42,551 nucleotides of DNA from an uncultured Polynucleobacter sp. (GTDB taxonomy: Bacteria; Pseudomonadota; Gammaproteobacteria; Burkholderiales; Burkholderiaceae), in assembly GCA_964473225.1 (NCBI GenBank), contig CAYYOB010000001.1:13637-56187 (forward strand). The letters are read 5' to 3'. Position numbers and translations under genes: made by a program. A model generated the notes under the pieces. The model saw only the letters and a list, made by a program, of their open reading frames with translations, ran no database searches and had not been told where the DNA came from. Below are positions 41,701 to 42,551 of the stretch, one piece after another. Positions within the stretch are counted from its first letter, which is position 1. Every line of letters starts with the position of its first letter.

Positions 41701-42551
41701 TAAAAAGATGCCAGGCAATTTGCCGAAGAAGACTGCCAGAGCTTTGCTAGACATTGAAGATTCTGATGTGGTGCCTATCATCAGAAATCCACAAACAACT
41801 TCTGTTGATACAGAAGCAGTGTTCTATTTCCCTGGTTGTGGATCAGAAAGATTGTTCTCTCAAGTAGGTTTGGCAACGCAAGCCATGTTGTGGCACGCCG
41901 GTGTTCAAACGGTTTTGCCTCCAGGCTATTTGTGCTGCGGTTACCCGCAAAGAGGTTCTGGTGACTTTGATAAAGCAGACAAGATCATCACGGACAATCG
42001 CGTACTTTTCCATCGCATGGCCAACACGTTGAATTACTTGGACATCAAGACAGTCGTTGTTTCTTGTGGCACTTGTTATGACCAGTTGGCGGGCTACGAG
42101 TTTGAAAAGATTTTCCCTGGTTGCAGAATCATTGATATCCATGAGTTCTTGTTGGAAAAAGGTATCAAGTTGGAAGGCGCTAAAGGCGTGAGATACATGT
42201 ATCACGATCCATGTCACAGCCCAATGAAACTTCAGGATCCATTGAAGACAGTGAACAGCTTGGTCACAACTGAAGATGGAACAAGTATTGCTAAGAATGA
42301 GCGTTGCTGTGGCGAATCTGGCACATTGGCCATCACTCGTCCTGACATCTCTTCTCAGGTTCGTTTCCGTAAAGAAATCGAAATGAAAAAAGGTGCTGGT
42401 GATTTGCAAGATGGTTTTGATGGTCAAGTGAAGGTTTTGACCAGCTGCCCATCATGCTTGCAAGGTTTATCAAGATTTGATGAAGACTCAGGAACCAAAG
42501 CAGATTACATCGTGGTTGAGATGGCCAATCATTTGCTAGGTGCTAATTGGA
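38774..42551 (+). CDS. Large DUF3683-type FAD-linked/Fe-S oxidoreductase, 3'-truncated by the window
   Basis: Hand translation [25 protein letters not shown]; [45 protein letters not shown] and RCCG; the ATG and the window-end peptide are in the same frame; absent from the track because there is no stop. Confidence 0.92.
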   Translation, partial: MNAPLPLHSMTEHPQNAPRLREIPYNYTSFSDREIVIRLLGEEAWQILDELRSGRKTGRSARMLYEVLGDIWVVQRNPYLQDDLLDNPGRRKQLIEALHHRLREVQKRMTTDLADKVAKLVDSAKLAVEQFNAEFDRVAILRKRVRKVLGKFTAADNIAYDGLARVSHVTDATDWRVEYPFVVLTPDTEEEIPNLVKGCIELGLTIIPRGGGTGYTGGAIPLSPMSAVINTEKLETLGPVEMMRLPGLSEEVATIYSGAGVVTKRVSDAADKSGNVFAVDPTSAEASCIGGNIAMNAGGKKAVLWGTALDNLASWRMVDPDGNWLDIERIGHNMSKIHDVDFATFKLVWSDGSYAPGQKVIKTEELKIEGKTFRKEGLGKDVTDKFLSGLPGIQKEGCDGLITSARWVLHRMPKQIRTVCLEFFGQARDAIPSIVEIKAYLDQQTKQGGAILAGLEHLDERYLKAVGYATKSKRNVLPKMVLIGDIVGDDENAVAMAASEVIRMANTRVGEGFVAVSAEARKKFWLDRSRTAAIARHTNAFKVNEDVVIPLDRMGEYTDGIERINIELSLKNKLQLLSELESFLQQGNLPLGKSEDGDVPEADLLEGRVSQALQLIASVRQEWMGWSKNMDQHFSALQDRSLRASWKLQVRAELRNIFSGVPFEPILKECEAIHKKVLRSRVFVALHMHAGDGNVHTNIPVNSDNYDMLQDAHQSVDRIMKLARSLNGVISGEHGIGITKLEYLTDAEIKDFRSYKLRIDPEGRFNKGKLMQGADLRNAYTPSFGLMGHESLIMQQSDIGDIATSIKDCLRCGKCKPVCATHVPRANLLYSPRNKILATSLLVEAFLYEEQTRRGVSVKHWEAFDDVAAHCTVCHKCLTPCPVKIDFGDVTMNMRNLLRKMGQKKFNPGAAAAMFFLNATNPETIQLTRKLMIDWGYKAQRLAHDLLKKFAKAQTAKPRSTVTKPPIQEQVIHFINKKMPGNLPKKTARALLDIEDSDVVPIIRNPQTTSVDTEAVFYFPGCGSERLFSQVGLATQAMLWHAGVQTVLPPGYLCCGYPQRGSGDFDKADKIITDNRVLFHRMANTLNYLDIKTVVVSCGTCYDQLAGYEFEKIFPGCRIIDIHEFLLEKGIKLEGAKGVRYMYHDPCHSPMKLQDPLKTVNSLVTTEDGTSIAKNERCCGESGTLAITRPDISSQVRFRKEIEMKKGAGDLQDGFDGQVKVLTSCPSCLQGLSRFDEDSGTKADYIVVEMANHLLGANW

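Noticed and set aside
38820-42427. Many short track ORFs, including the 194-aa minus-strand one, suggesting an unannotated accessory region
   Set aside because: All are shadows of one long + strand CDS starting at 38774 that lacks a stop inside the window

Overview
A dense, roughly 43% GC (estimated by eye) core-genome segment of a Betaproteobacterium. Gene order and compaction suggest Burkholderiaceae, probably Polynucleobacter (inference). It carries about 47 CDS and tRNA-Gln(TTG). In order: a BioC-like gene; the aa3/caa3 cytochrome c oxidase structural and assembly cluster; rpoH and ftsY; an M16 peptidase pair with rsmD-coaD-yfhL; pth-rplY-prs-tRNA-ispE; a TPR-LolB fusion; mutM-mutY; rapZ-hprK-ptsN-hpf-rpoN-lptBAC-kdsCD; uvrA, an MFS gene and ssb; queF, a 5'-nucleotidase and ilvA; yqaA; and a >1259-codon DUF3683-type FAD/Fe-S oxidoreductase that runs off the right end. 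I see no mobile element, prophage, CRISPR array or defence island. The most unusual signals are: (1) a cysteine-free, hence non-lipidated, LolB fused to an internally shortened TPR protein; (2) a window-wide pattern of TAnnnT hexamers 6-11 nt upstream of start codons lacking a well-spaced SD, suggesting many leaderless mRNAs and back-to-back promoters; (3) readable operators, namely tandem FNR boxes over the cox promoter, a perfect CIRCE over the rpoH promoter, and an inverted sigma54 site over the rpoN promoter. All calls come from motif recognition by eye; no database searches were run.
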